In this document: positions 13,062 through 27,960 of the stretch, one piece after another
Layout of the letters: each line of letters starts with the position of its first letter
Numbering within the stretch: position 1 is the stretch's first letter
Assembly (NCBI GenBank): GCA_964016885.1
Contig: OZ024742.1
Location: 105,586,001 to 105,650,000, forward strand
Direction: 5' to 3'
DNA length: 64,000 nucleotides
Source of the DNA: Eledone cirrhosa
Lineage: Eukaryota
The notes under the pieces: generated by a model
Told to the model about the DNA's origin: nothing
Seen by the model: the letters and a program-made list of their open reading frames with translations, nothing else
Database searches by the model: none
Position numbers and translations under genes: made by a program

Positions 13062-15190
13062 ATGGATAACACAAGAAAGAGAGAGGGCACTGTCAGACAA
13101 CAGAGAGAGAGGGAGACTTTATCAGTATGTCAACAAGACAGCGTTCCAACGTAGGTAAATATAAACGAAAATATTACAAAGGAAAAGAGGATTGTTACAG
13201 ATTTAAAATTACAAAATATTTCTAACACAAACAACACCAACAATAACACCAACAACAACACCAACAACAACAACACCAACAACAACAACACCAACAACAA
13301 CACCATCAATAACAACAGCAACAACAAAAATAACGGCGGTAAAGTCGAGAACGACAATAACAAAAATAACAGCGGTAAGGTCGAGAACGACAATAACAAT
13401 GACAATGACAACAGCCACAACAACAATAATAGTAGAAACAGTATCAACAAAAACAACAATAATAACAACAGCCACAGTAACAGTAACAACAGCAACAGTA
13501 TCAACGAAAACAACAACACCAACAACTGTACCAGCGAAAACATCAACAATGACATCGATACCTGTAACAGCGATCTCAGCACCACCAGTAAGACCAGAAG
13601 CGGCAGCAAAAGTGGTGCTGCTGAAAAAGGGACCACTTCTTTTGCAGGTGTCGCCCGAAATATCGAGACAGTGTTAGTCACAGAGGAGGAGATGGCAGTC
13701 GCAAGAGCCATGGTGACAAGAAGCGCCAATAGAGTCTCCCTGAAACCTCCACCCGATTTTTTCAAGGACTAGCAGCTACGGACGGTGACTTACCGCACCG
13801 TAAGCAAAATCTTACATCGGGTGGAGAGAGCCACGGAGGCTCAAATCGCAAAGGCCTTGGGGTGCGTCTGGGCACGCAAAACCCACATCACCCGAGGCAG
13901 AAAGTACGCCACAGTAGACGTACTTTTCGCCACCCTCCAGGAAGCGAAGTCTCACTCTTTGGAAACCCTAAAGTGTGAGGAGATAGTCTTGGTGCCCTCC
14001 TACTGCGGGCAGAAAATTGTGAGGGTCAAAGTGACCCAGGTCCCACCCGACGTGCCCATACCTTGGCTGGCTGCGTCTGTCCTTGCTGGAATCGAGGACA
14101 GGACGACCATGCTGCAAGTAGAGAAAATAGGGAGAGAGAACTGGTCAAGTATAGGCATGCAAATGCTTATACAAACTGACCAGGAATGTATCGACGCTAT
14201 CCCCGATATCATAGACATCGAGGAAGGACTCCAACACCCTACAAGCGTAGAAGGAAGACGACCAAAATGTTATCTCTGTGGGTCGAAGGGTCACCTCAGG
14301 GCCTTTTGCCCGCAGAAGACATCAAAGAAGAAGGCCCCTCTCCTTCCAATACCTGGTTCGCTGCTACCAAGAGCAGGGCAGGCAACAAACGCAGAAGCCC
14401 CTTCCACGGTGAGTAGGAGGGAAACGTCCGTGGCACCCGTACCAAGGCCACGGACAACTAAAGCAGCAGCATCAGTGGCGGCAACACCAATAGCTACATT
14501 TGAAGTAGTTACACCAGCAACAAAATTGCCGAAGAGTGCTCCACTACCACCACCAACAGCCGTGGAGCACATACCCCTCCCAGATGCCACGAAATCCGAC
14601 ATGGAGTTTGAGGCGGGAGTGAAGTGGCAAACGGTCTACCACAAAAAAGAAAAAAGAAAAAAACCCTTAGATTCACCCTCCAAAAGCGAAGGCACACAAA
14701 GAGGGGTAAAGGCAGCAAGGAAACTTGCCGCAACACCACCACCATCACCATCACCACCACAAGCACCACCGCCAATAACAACCACACCACCACCAGTATC
14801 ACCAAAAACACCAACAACGCAAACAAAACAAAACACACACACCAAACAGCAACAAGAAGAAAACAGCAACAAAATCACCCCTCCTCCAAAAAGTACCCAG
14901 CCATAAACATAGCAAATAAAGAACTCATACAACATATAAAGCAGCACACAGACATCACAGAAAAACACTACTACACCCCACCAAGACCAAGAACTCTCCC
15001 GACAAACATGAGCATCATGGAAATCTCAATAGAACAGTACAAACCTTTAAAACAAAAATTCCCCAACGTATTTGGAGACTTCAGAGGGTCGGTTACCAAG
15101 AGGATATACACTGACATATTCTTGGAAACACTAATGACCAGCCAAAGGGACGGTTCTACTGTCCCTTCACCACACGATCAAGGTAAGTGA
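13062..15190 (+). pseudogene. LINE ORF1 (gag-like, Asn/Thr-rich linker, CYLCGSKGHLRAFC zinc knuckle)
   Basis: ATG at 13062 is in frame with ORF 13785-14906 but interrupted by TAG stops. The C-terminus apparently continues in the 14624-15190 frame. Confidence 0.8.
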
Positions 15191-15222
15191 CCCTTTCTCA
15201 CTTGCCCCGTTTCTCATCCAGC

Positions 15223-18200
15223 ATGGCCGTACTCAGAATAGGCAGTATAAATGCACGTGGCCTGGGGTCATCTTGGAAGCAGGGTCACCTGCTCAACGAC
15301 CTCAGGTCACTAAACATAGATGTGGTGACCATCAGCGAGACCAGAATCTCCGAAGCAGAAGACTTCGCATCGATCTTCGGCGGCTACGATGTATACGCAT
15401 CTCCCAGCCGCCCAGGATCGAGGAGAGGGGTTGCCGTCCTTTTTCGGAGAGGCTTGGCTCTCACCATACGGGCCATCTTCCTAGACCCAGAAGGTAAGTC
15501 GGTGGTGTTGGACGTGACCGGCAGCGAAGGCAATGCTTTCAGGCTAGTAGCCGTCTACGCCCCAACAGGGGCAGGACGGCAAGATTTCTTCAGACGTCTA
15601 GAGACCTTTCTTGGAACGTCCCGCTCTTTAGTGTTAGTGGGCGACTGGAACGGTATCTTGGATGCACGCTGGGATCGTGTGGGGCTAGTGGATAGAGGAG
15701 GAGAGTGCAAGAACCTCACCAGCCTGCTCAGAAGTTTTGAACTGTCAGACAGGTATCGACTGGATCACCCGAATGCGCCAATGTAGACATGGACAAACCG
15801 CATCGGGTCATCCAGATCCTATCTCGATAGGGTATTCTGCAGGGAACTAGATAAGGCTAGTATAAGTTGTCCACAGTTTAAAATAGTCGACTACACAGAC
15901 CACAGATTTGTGATCTGTGAGATCGACAGAGACAGACTTCATAGACAAGGGCCCGGTTACTGGAAGCTGAACGCGTCTTTCCCGGCGCGCAAAGCCTACA
16001 GAGACCGGATTAGCGTATTAGTTAAGCGGGCGTTGACGGGAGCGGTGGTTCGCTCTGAAAAGGCCAATTAAAGTAGAGTCGATTAGGTTTAGCAAAGGAC
16101 TAGTGATAGAGGAAAATAGAGTAGAGGGAGAGCTAGTCAGAAAGCTAGAAGAGGCGTTTAGGACAGGCATCGCAACCGACGTGCTTGCGGCGAGATTGGC
16201 AATCGACCAATTCTTCAACGCAAAACACGAAGGCTGCGTTGTCAGAGCTAGAGCACGTGCTCTGAAACACGAGGGGACAAAAGCCGTCCAATGGGCCCAG
16301 GTGGCAGAGGCGCGACGTGGCAACAAAGCCACAATTTGGTCTTTGTCTGACAAAAACGGATGCGTGTTGCTCGAACCCGAGCAGATGTGTGAAGCTTTTC
16401 AGCAGCACTTTTCTGAACTGTTCGGGAGCAGCGGCGGCCCGGATCAGGGCATGGACTTCAGTGCATACCTCGACGGACTGCCTCGGCTCTCGACGACCGC
16501 AGCACAGTGTTGCGAAAAGCCAATAACAGCCGGTGAAATACGGGTAGCAATGGCTAACTGCATGAGGGGTAAATCGCCAGGTTTGGATGGTCTGTCCTAC
16601 GAGCTTTATGCATTTATGCCAGACTTGTTCGGTGACCTCTTGGCAGACGTCTACTGCAACTGGCAGCAGAACGGGAGCATTCCCAGTTTTGTGAGCCGGG
16701 CAGCGGTGGCGATGCTGAGAAAAGACCCGGACAAGGGGGATGTTATCGATAATATCAGGCCCATACACCTGCTAAACGCAGAGTTCAAGATTTTGGCCAA
16801 GGTGTTAGCAACGAGGTTGGCGCTTGTCGCCAAGGGTCTGGTGGGAGAGGCGCAGACATGCGCCATTCCGGACAGATCCATACACGACAACCTCCACCTC
16901 ATGCGATACATCATAGAGAGGGTGGTTAAGGAACCTGGCACGGGTGGGGCCCTGATCAACTTGGATCAATCCAAAGAATTCGATAGGGTCGACCATCGGT
17001 ACCTGGCGGCGTTCCTCAAGGCAGCCGGTTTCGGGCCCGTTTTCAAGGGTTGGATTGCTGCGATGTACCGCGACATCTGCTCAATTGGAGGGTGAACGGT
17101 CACCTGTCGCAGCCGTTCAGCATCATGCGCTCAGTCCGCCAGGGTTGTTCCCTCTCGTCCCTCTTGTACGTATTGGCTCTCGAGCCGTTACTGCACAAAC
17201 TGGGAGCGATGAGGGGCGTCCCACGCGGACTAGGATGCGGGAAATCCGAGTCGGCTTACGCCGACGACATCACCGTGGTGGTGTCGAGCACCAGACACGT
17301 TCAGATGCTCGGCACCGCTCTCAAGGAATACGAAGCGGTGACAGGAGCAAAGATAAACCAGGAAAAGTCGGTGGGCTTGAAGCTCGGCACCTGGAGAGGC
17401 AAGTCCATGCCGTCCGACAGCGTCGTGGGGCGTTGGACGGACGGACCGGTTAAATTGCTCGGGGTCTGATTCGAACCGGACCTCCAGATGGAGAAAAACT
17501 GGAACGAGGTGACGAGCAAGGTGGCCTCCCTCACCCAGAAATGGGGCGAGAGGAAGCTGTCCCTGAAAGGCCGGGCGGAGGTGGCGAATGCGTACATCGC
17601 ATCCGTCATCTGCTACAGCCTCACTGTCGTCCCTTGCCCCGGCCCAACTCTCACCAAAATGGAGCGCCTCCTCTTCCGGTTTTTGTGGAAGGGACGCGCT
17701 CCCATGGTCAGACGATCCATCTGCTGTCAACACCCGTTGCGTGGAGGACTGGGCATGTCATGGCTGATGATACGCAAACATGCGCTGAGGCTGCGACATC
17801 TCTGGTGCTTCCTTGACGGTGAACAGGTGAAGTCGCCGTTCGCCAGGCACGTTTTCCCACAGCTCGTCTCCTTGACGGAGCTGCAGTCCTGAGTCAGAAA
17901 AAGACCGAGGGATAGCGCTTGGAAACTGGAATGTCTCCAGGCGGTCGCGCTCACTGCCCTCTGCCAGCTGGGCACCGGTATCGGTGGAACATCCACCTCG
18001 GCGTTCTATAGAGGACTAGTGGAGGGGAAGAGCGACGACGTTCTCGGAGAGATCCCGGGCGTCGAAGAAGATCAGCTGTTTGCTCGCTTCCGGAGAACTT
18101 TCAGCCCAGGGCCTTCCAAAAACCCCTGGCCTGGCAGTGCTACCGGGGAGCGCTGCCGGTTCGAGATAAGCTCTACAGGCACGGAAGTGCCGTCAGCCGA

Positions 18201-18619
18201 GCCTGTCCGAGATGTGCGCAGAGCGACGAAACCGTCGTGCACGCACTCGTTCAGTGCCCGAGCATTGCTGACTTGTGGAGCTATGTCGAACAGTTGCTGT
18301 GGTGTGTAGGACTGATCCGGTTATCGACTGAGTCTTTTGTGCAGATGGTCTCGCTGTCTTCCTTCGAGGAAGAAGGGCAGGCGGTTTTCATCTGCCTGGT
18401 GGCCATGGCGAAAGAGATTGTGTGGTGGACAAGGTTGAAAGGGTTAAAGACAGACACTTTCCTCTCCGGCGAATCCCTAATTAATTTTTCAAGTTTTACT
18501 TAAAGAGGAAAATCAGGGTGGAGAGGCAAGTGCCGCCTTCTAGCAAGTTTGTTGAAAGGTGGGTGAATGTAGCGAGAATGGTCCGAGTGAACGGGACCGC
18601 TCTGAATATACGTCTGTAG
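15223..18619 (+). pseudogene. LINE ORF2 (endonuclease, reverse transcriptase, C-terminal Cys/His finger)
   Basis: IGSINARGL, VYAP, GDWN, SYLDR, TDH, GYWKLN, KSPGLDGL, DQSKEFDRV, SVRQGCSLS, AYADD, CPRC..DETVVHALVQC. Several stops and frameshifts. Confidence 0.92.
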
Positions 18620-18754
18620 TTTGAGAAATGGAAAAATTGAGAGAGGGCGCTTGCCCTGGTGGTCAGGGTGGCCGTGGTCTTTTGTGTGATTTTCGCCACG
18701 TGTAACCCTCGGAGGTTTCCCCCCTATTGGGGAATTTTTCATATCCGGTTTTTG

Positions 18755-21275
18755 ATGGACCACGACGGGCGCATGCTACTCGATCCCGGGCAAATGTGTG
18801 AAGCTTTTCAGCGACACTTCGCTCAACTGTTCGGGGGCAGTGGCGGGCCGGATCGAGGGATGGACTTTAGTGTCTACCTCGACGGACTGCCGCGGCTTTC
18901 GGCCACTGAGGCGGAGTGTTGCGAAAAGCCGATAACAACCGCTGAAGTACGGGATGCAATGACTAGTTGCACAAGGGGTAAATCGCCTGGTTTGGATGGT
19001 CTGCCCTATGAACTTTACGTACAAATGCCAGACTTGTTCGGAGGCCTCTTGGCGGACGTCTACTGCAACTGGCAACAGAACGGGAGAATTCCCAGCTCTG
19101 TGAGCCGAGAAGCGGTGGCGCTGCTGAGAAAGGATCCGAACAAGGGGGATAACATAGATCATTTTAGGCCCATAACTCTGCTAAACACAGATTTCAAGAT
19201 TTTGGTCAAGGTGCTAGCAAAGAGGTTGGCGCTTGTCGTTGGTGGTCTGGTGGGAGAGGCACAGACATGCACCATTCCCGACAGATCCATCCAATACAAC
19301 CTCCACCTCATGCGATACATCGTAGAGAGGGTAGCTAGAGAACCTGGCACGGGTGGGTCTTTGATCAATTTAGATCAGTCGAAAGCCTTCGATAGGGTCG
19401 ACCATCGTTACCCAGCGGCAGTCCTGAGGGCGGCTGGCTTTGGGCCCGTCTTCAGAGCATGGATTGCTGCCATGCACAGCGACATCTGCTCTGTAGTGAG
19501 AGTGAACGGTCACCTTTCGGAACCGTTCAACATCATGCGCTCGGTCCGCCAAGGATGTCCCCTCTCGTCCCTATTGTACGTATTGACTCTCGAGCCATTA
19601 CTGCACAAACTGGAGACGTTGAGGGGGGTGCCGCGCGAACTAGGATGCGGAAGATCCGTGTCAGCATATGCTGACGATGTCACCGTAGTGGTGTCGAACG
19701 CCAAACACATCGGGGCGATCGGCACTGCACTAAGAGAATACGAAGCGGTGACAGGAGTAATGATCAACCAGGAAAAGTCAGTGGGCCTGCAGCTCGGCAC
19801 CTGGAGAGGCAGGTCCATGCCGTCCAACAGCGTCGTCGGGCGCTGGACGGACGGACCGGTTAAATTGCTAGGGGTCTGGTTCGGTCCAGACCTCCAGACG
19901 GACAAAAACTGGGACGAGGTGACGAGCAGGGTGGCTTCTCTCACCCAGAAATGGGCCGAGAGGAAGCTATCCCTGAAAGGTCGAGCGGAGGTGGCTAACG
20001 CGTACATCGCGTCCGTCATCTACTACCGCCTGACTGTCGTACCTTGTCCTAAGCCCCGCCTGACTGCGCTGGAGCGTTTGCTCTTTCGCTTCTTGTGGAA
20101 GGGACGCGCTCCGATGGTCAGGCGGTCCATCTGCTGTCAACACCCGCTACGTGGAGGGCTGGACATGCTGTGGCTGATGATGCGCAGACATGCGCTCAGG
20201 CTACGACATCTCCACCTCTTCCTCGACGGTGATCAGGTGTGGTCGCCGTTTGCTAGACACGTTTTTCCCCAGCTCGTCTCCTTGACGGAGCTGCAGTCCT
20301 GGGTCAAGCGAAGACCGAGAGGGAGCGCTTGGAGACTGGAATGTCTTCAGGCGCTCACAGCCCTCGACCAATCGGGCAATGTGATCGGTGGAAACTCCAC
20401 CTTGGCGTTCTATAGGGGATTAGAGGAGGGGAAGAGCGACGACGTACTTGGAGAAACTCTGGGCGTCGACGAAAATCAACTAGCCAATTTCTTCGGAAGG
20501 ACTTTCGGGCCGGGACCTATGGACAACTTCCAGAAATCCCTGGCCTGGCAGTGCTACCGGGGAGCTTTGCCAGTTCGGGATACTCTACAGGCATGGAGGT
20601 GCCGTCAGCCGGGCATGTCCGAGATGCGCACAGGACGACGAAACCGTCCTGCACGCACTCGTCCAGTGTCCGAGCATTGCTGACTTGTGGGTTTATGTCG
20701 AACACCTGCTGTCACGTGTAGGACGGATCCGGCTATCAGCTGAGTCCATCGTGAGGATTGCCCCGCCCTCTTCCTTTAGCCGGGAAGGGCAGGTAGTTTT
20801 TATCTGTCTGGTGGCCATGGCAAAAGAGATAGTATGGTGGACACGTTTGAAAGGGCTGAAGACGAGCATTTACCTCTTCGGTGATGCCCTGATTAACTTT
20901 TTCAAATTTCATTTGAAAAGGAAAATCAGGGTAGAGAGGGAAGTGCTCTCTTCCCAGCATTTTGTTGAAAGATGGGTGAGAGAAGCAAGTATGGCCCGAA
21001 TGAATGGGCCTTCTCTGAGTATGTGTCTGTAAATTAAAGGTGGAAAACTGGGAGAGGGCACTTGCCCTGGTGGTCAGGGTCACTGTGGTCTTTTAATGGG
21101 CTTTCTCCACAAATGTCCCTCGGAAGTCTCCCCCCTATTGGGGAATTTTTCTTTGTTATTTTATTTTATCCTCTGTATTTTTTACACGTAGAAATGCCCA
21201 TTTGTACCGTCCTGTATTGTCCTGTACTGTCCTTAATGTCTACTTTATGTAAACCCTTGTGGTTAATAAAGAAAA

Positions 21276-21310
<35 letters not shown>
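18755..21310 (+). mobile_element. 5'-truncated second Tx1/L1 copy with near-intact RT, 3'UTR, AATAAA and (TTA)n tail
   Basis: ORF 18659-20683 has FRPITLLNTDFKI, DQSKAFDRV, VRQGCPLS, AYADD. Frameshifted C-terminus ends at 21032. AATAAA near 21265, then (TTA)n. Confidence 0.92.
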
Positions 21311-21314
<4 letters not shown>

Positions 21315-21803
21315 CAAACGGCTCGGAAATATTCCCTTCTTCGAGCTATTTAATTGTAAAAGACTATTTCGAGTTTATAACTCAATATATAATATTCTCG
21401 GCTCCATACGCAGAGCTAATTTTAGTCACCAAAACCGGCTGCTATTTTTAGCGGCACGAGTATGAGACGAGTTAGGCGCTGTGACATGTGCGTTCAACAG
21501 CACATATTTCTCAGTCTTCTTAAGTATTTTGAAGTGAATGGTACGAATTTCCTGGATACCCGCAGAAGAGCACAGGGATAGTGACTTTCACTTAATAATC
21601 GTTGCGAAACAGATTTAGAATCTGTCCGGGTATCACGGCCATTGCCAATATAGGTTTGTTATTTTTATTGATTTATTACTTTAAATCGAGACAGGCAAAC
21701 CATATTGTTTTAAATTAGTATTTTTCAACCTAGCTAACTTGGTCATTTGCAATTCGAACACATGTATACTTGTATCGGTGTTCATCCCTCTCATATATTC
21801 ATT

Positions 21804-21963
<160 letters not shown>

Positions 21964-22124
21964 AAAAAATAGGAACAAATATGGCCCCGACGCATATATA
22001 TGCAAACGAATCGAATGTTGTTATTAATATTCGAAAAACTCAGGTTACATTTATTGTATTCAGCCATGTAGAGCGAAAACTTATATTTTGTTATTGAGTA
22101 TGCAAAAATATATACACGAATATA

Positions 22125-22185
<61 letters not shown>

Positions 22186-22192
<7 letters not shown>

Positions 22193-22303
22193 TAACAGAT
22201 TAAAGTTTAAACAAAGAATCGCTGCTTTCACCCTTAACGGGATCTTCTGAAACTAAACAAATCAATCTGTGAATGCAAAAGTAAATATTTCGAAAAACGT
22301 TAC
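22186..22303 (-). mobile_element. Solo terminal repeat (pLTR) of the Naiad-type Penelope element, with HHR at 22204-22254
   Basis: Near-identical to 49745-49860; (TA)n on both sides. Confidence 0.85.
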
Positions 22304-22304
22304 A

Positions 22305-22343
<39 letters not shown>

Positions 22344-22565
22344 TACACACACGCACACAGCGTCATAATGTCGTAATGCAGACAGCCAGACATACAGACA
22401 ATATTATAAGGGCGCAACGTTATATCCATGTATCTATCTAAAAAGAAAGACTAAGAATTATAGAGAGATCGCTAAATCGCCTAATGCGGTCCCTAGGTCA
22501 TTGAAAATTTGAAATAGTTTTTGCTCAAAACACTCACTGGACCATAAGTATTACATGTGTAAAGT

Positions 22566-22755
22566 TTGTGGATTGACAGTATCGGTAGAGGGTTGGACGC
22601 CACGCTTTTAAGCATAGAGTTACCTCCCTTTATGATCTGAGTTCAAATCCCGCCGAGGTTAACTTTGTCTTTCATTCTTACGGGGTCGATAAAATAAAGT
22701 AGCAGCAATGCACTGGGGTAATTACTGGCCTTGTGCCAAAAGTAGAAACAATTAT
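22566..22755 (+). mobile_element. SINE family A
   Basis: GTGGATTGACAGTATCGGTAGAG...GAGTTCAAATCCCGCC...GGCCTTGTGCCAAAAGTAGAAACAATT. Confidence 0.85.
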
Positions 22756-23076
22756 ATATATATATATATATATATATATTCTGTTTACATGCCAACACAA
22801 GAGCAAGAATGAAGGGTTCATTCTACTGACATGGCTATAAAAATGAGGCTTGTTTGTATAATTGCAAACGAATCGAATGTTATTAATATTCGAAAAACTC
22901 AGATTACATTTATTGTATTCAGCCATGTAGACCGAAAACTTATAAACTACAATCTTCCCATATAAGGAATTACCCCTTGAAAAGTTCGGCTATTTATTAC
23001 CAGGCTAAAAATTCTAATTTAGTCCAGAAATAGCCTTCGAAACGGCTTGAGCTCTGCCGTCGGGGTTAAACATTTT

Positions 23077-23141
<65 letters not shown>

Positions 23142-23356
23142 TGTTGGTTGCCAGATCAAGAAGGCCCACCTACATATAGAATGGTATCATTTAATTTTTA
23201 TAATGAATAAATAATATTTTCAAAAAATACATTAGTGGAAACAAAACAGTGCAATCAAATATTTGCGAAAATATATCTTACCTTCTCCAATAAAAAATGT
23301 ATTTTGCGAAATCCAGAGACTTTCAATGATGACCTTTGGTCTTTCATATTCACTCA

Positions 23357-23455
<99 letters not shown>

Positions 23456-23507
23456 CGTGCGTGTGCGTGCGTGCGTGCGTGTGTGCGCGCGTGTGTGTCT
23501 ATATCTA

Positions 23508-23578
<71 letters not shown>

Positions 23579-23591
23579 ATCTATCTATCTA

Positions 23592-23622
<31 letters not shown>

Positions 23623-24234
23623 ATCTATCTATCTCTCTCTCTCTATATATATACACCACCTTCACTACTAATTGATTTGACAGATGTCTTTAACCCATTG
23701 ATACCAAATATTATTTGATCAGTTCGTGTGTAAGTATATAAATATATGTATATATATGCTTGTGTGTCTGTGTCTATATATGTATGTTTGCATGCATGAA
23801 TGAATATACTAAGCTTTAGATTTAGTATAATGTACAACCACTGATTCCAGCTATCTGCACTATCGTATATTTTGGTTTCTAGTAATTCTTTGGGGAATTG
23901 GTTCACCAAATGCTTTGCTTAATTGTTTTATTTATTTAAAAAAAAATGTTATTCTTTCTCTTAGATTTCAGATATTTTTTGAAAGCAAAGCATTGACCCC
24001 TAAAATACTACAGTGGGCCCTGCAAGGCTTCTGCGGGCTCTTGCAATGCTACCGTGGGCCCCCCTGTGGCTCACTTGCCATTAGGCAACCTGACAACCTG
24101 GCCAGTCCGCCACTGTATATATATATATAGTTTAGGCATTGTAACGTCATGTTACTATTGATTCACCAAAGTAAGTACTCAATGCGTAGTTTCCTGTATG
24201 CACTTTGTAGTTGTACTAAGCAGAGTGTAATATC

Positions 24235-24535
24235 AATAAAAAGTATGGACGAGGTGTCAACTTTTCATTAAGTTTATTCAAGTGTGACGCGCGCGTTTCG
24301 CGATTGATCAGCTCAAGGTTCGATCCCTATCGATCGGGCCCGATTTTGGGTACCTTTTTTTAACGCTGTACGCGTAACATTCCGAAATTAAGCAAACAAA
24401 AGTCTGATGAGCTTTTGATTTCAGAGTCGGGCCCGATCGAAAGTGATCAAACCTTGACCTGATCAATCGCGAAACGCGCGTCTCACCTGAATAACCTTAA
24501 TGAAAATTTGACACCTCGTCCATATTTCTTATTAA
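24235..24535. repeat. Imperfect fold-back palindrome with GAAACGCGCGTC hammerhead half-core
   Basis: Arms TATGGACGAGGTGTCAA...GACGCGCGCGTTTCGCGATTGATCAG / CTGATCAATCGCGAAACGCGCGTC...TTGACACCTCGTCCATA. Related to 12560-12730 and 45455-45817. Confidence 0.75.
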
Positions 24536-24974
24536 ATATATATATATATATAATTCGTTGGCTTAGCTGTGACTCGAGCTTCGACTATGCTGTACTTCCA
24601 TTTCTATTACTATCTCCTAGACCTAATGATTAATTTATTAATTTAATTAAACATTTCTATTGATTGGTTAATTATTTATGTTTATTTAATAACGATCTGG
24701 TTGAGTGCTTAATTCAGTTTGTGTACGGAACCTATTCCCTTGCTCATAATTTGAATTTGACCGCCAAAAACCGGGTGTTAGCTCCCTTTGGAGAAACATG
24801 TGTTCACTCACAACCGGCCTGGCGTCTGAACGGAAGCCTGTTGAGAAAGTAAATCCTCTGTTCGATCTCCCAGAACCAACAACTTGCATACACCGCAAAC
24901 GGACTTTGTAGATTTCGGATTTACAGAAACCTAACTGAGATATTGCAAAATATCGAAGTGATGGTCCAGGTTTG

Positions 24975-25008
<34 letters not shown>

Positions 25009-25372
25009 TTTTTCTCGCGAGTCAGTTCTTTCGTTGCTACGGTCCCCGCGGCTGAATTACCGGTCGCTATCTTCAATTTGCAAAGCCCTTTAAACGGAAT
25101 GTTATTAATCTAAGGTTTTATACCTTATCGAGTGCTTGGCTGCACTTCTGATTGTATTCGTTGGCTTAGCTGCGGCTCGAGCTTCGACTATACTGTACTT
25201 CCATTTATATATATCTATATCTATATATATAGTGGTGGAACACTGGAAGGTAATATCCGTAGTGGTAGAGCACTCAGTCCAAGGGACGAGTTAGGTAGAA
25301 GTGGTTACACAACAGTTAGTTCACCATACCGAGAACAATTGTTTCACCTTCGCGGATCTTCACGGACACATC

Positions 25373-25412
25373 CCGAGCTGAAGATCCGCGAAGGTGAAAC
25401 AATTGTTCTCGG
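25373..25412 (+). ncRNA. Type I minimal HHR motif inside palindrome 25297-25441
   Basis: CCGAG-CTGAAGA-T-CC-GCGAA-GG-T-GAAA-C-AATT-G-TT-CTCGG: perfect stem I and palindromic loop 3. Confidence 0.8.
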
Positions 25413-25437
25413 TATGGTGATCTAACTGTGTAACCAC

Positions 25438-25494
<57 letters not shown>

Positions 25495-26034
25495 TTTTAT
25501 TAAGGCTAAATAGTGAAACTTGTTACTCTGGAGTTTCGCTTGCTTATCACAGTGTCACCAGACCAGAACTCAAATTCAACAGTAGAGGCAATACAAATAA
25601 TGGAAGACTCGGGGGGTGGGGGTTGAGTGGTTGATTAATTGAGGAGGAGGATAAAGATAGAATGGGTAGGATGGCAGTGGGGGAGGGGAGGGGGGTATAG
25701 AATTGTGTGAAAAAGAAGATTATAATGGAAAAAATATAATATATAATATAATATACATATAAAATATATATACATTCATTGAAGTCGGTGGTTCATCATT
25801 GAATAGAGCTGGTCATTCCGTTAACCATGATGCATTAGTAGGAAAAACACTCAACGTAACGCAACTCAACTATATTTGGTGTAAGATTCTATTGGTAGTG
25901 CGTGAACGGAGTTAAATATCATTGAATAAAGTGACAGGAAGCCGGAAAGTTCAAATTCCTTTAAAGTTTTTATTTTTGTTGAAGGAATTTCAACTTTCCG
26001 GCTTCCTGTCACTTTATTCAATAATTATATATAT

Positions 26035-27218
<1,184 letters not shown>

Positions 27219-27250
27219 TACACGGGTGTGTATGATTGTGTATAGAAGAT

Positions 27251-27633
27251 TATATTAATAAAAGGAATTCCAACTTTGTCTGATTTACTCGTTTTATTTA
27301 CAATCCTTTAAAATTATAATGGTATTAGAATGAAATAGTATGGTACAATATTAAATGTTAAGTGTTAATTGAACAAGTACTTTCATGCTTTCGCAATCTT
27401 CAGGTTCATATTCTGTGGTGACAGTCAAGTTTGCAATTTTTAACACAGTTGAAAATTGCAAACTTGACTGTGACCACAGAATATGAACCTGAAGATTGCG
27501 AAAGCATGAAAGTACATGTTCAATTAACACTTAACATTTAATATTCTACCATACTATTTCATTCTAATACCATTATAATTTTAAAGGATTGTAAATAAAA
27601 CGAGTAAATTAGACAAAGTTGGAATTCCTTTTA

Positions 27634-27641
<8 letters not shown>
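27251..27641. repeat. ~390-bp near-perfect palindrome with HHR motifs at 27370-27408 (-) and 27484-27522 (+)
   Basis: TGAAC-CTGAAGA-T-TGC-GAAA-GCA-T-GAAA-GTAC-TT-GTTCA on the minus strand; the plus copy has one mutation at the cleavage triplet. Confidence 0.85.
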
Positions 27642-27677
<36 letters not shown>

Positions 27678-27774
27678 AATAATGGAGCTGCGGCGTTGCA
27701 AATGGGTTACATATGAAAAAGTAAGTCCTTCGTCAGTGGCCTTCCAACCGTCCTAGGCATTTCATCACATATAT

Positions 27775-27960
27775 AATTGTTTCTACGTTTGGCACAAGGC
27801 CAGCAATTATCCAGTGCATTACTGGTACTTTATTTTATCGACCCTGTAAGGATGAAGGGCAAAGTTAAACTCGGCGGGATTTGAACTCAGAATGGCAAGG
27901 GCCGTAACTCTATACGTCAAAGCATGGCGTCCGACCCTCTACCAAAACTGCCAATCCATG
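27775..27960 (-). mobile_element. SINE family A
   Basis: Same A/B box head, central domain and tail as 8664-9030. Confidence 0.85.

Larger units (their letters stand above)
12851..18750 (+). mobile_element. Full-length, mutated Tx1/L1-clade LINE
   Basis: 5'UTR, ORF1 with CCHC knuckle, ORF2 with APE-RT-Zn finger, and partial 3'UTR. Starts right after (ATT)n. Confidence 0.92.

Noticed and set aside
13130-13765. Leu-rich 211-aa minus-strand ORF resembling a membrane protein
   Set aside because: Antisense reading of the (AAC)n-rich linker of LINE ORF1.
16018-21083. Overlapping antisense and alternate-frame ORFs within the Tx1 copies
   Set aside because: Shadows of GC-rich ORF2; no independent motifs.
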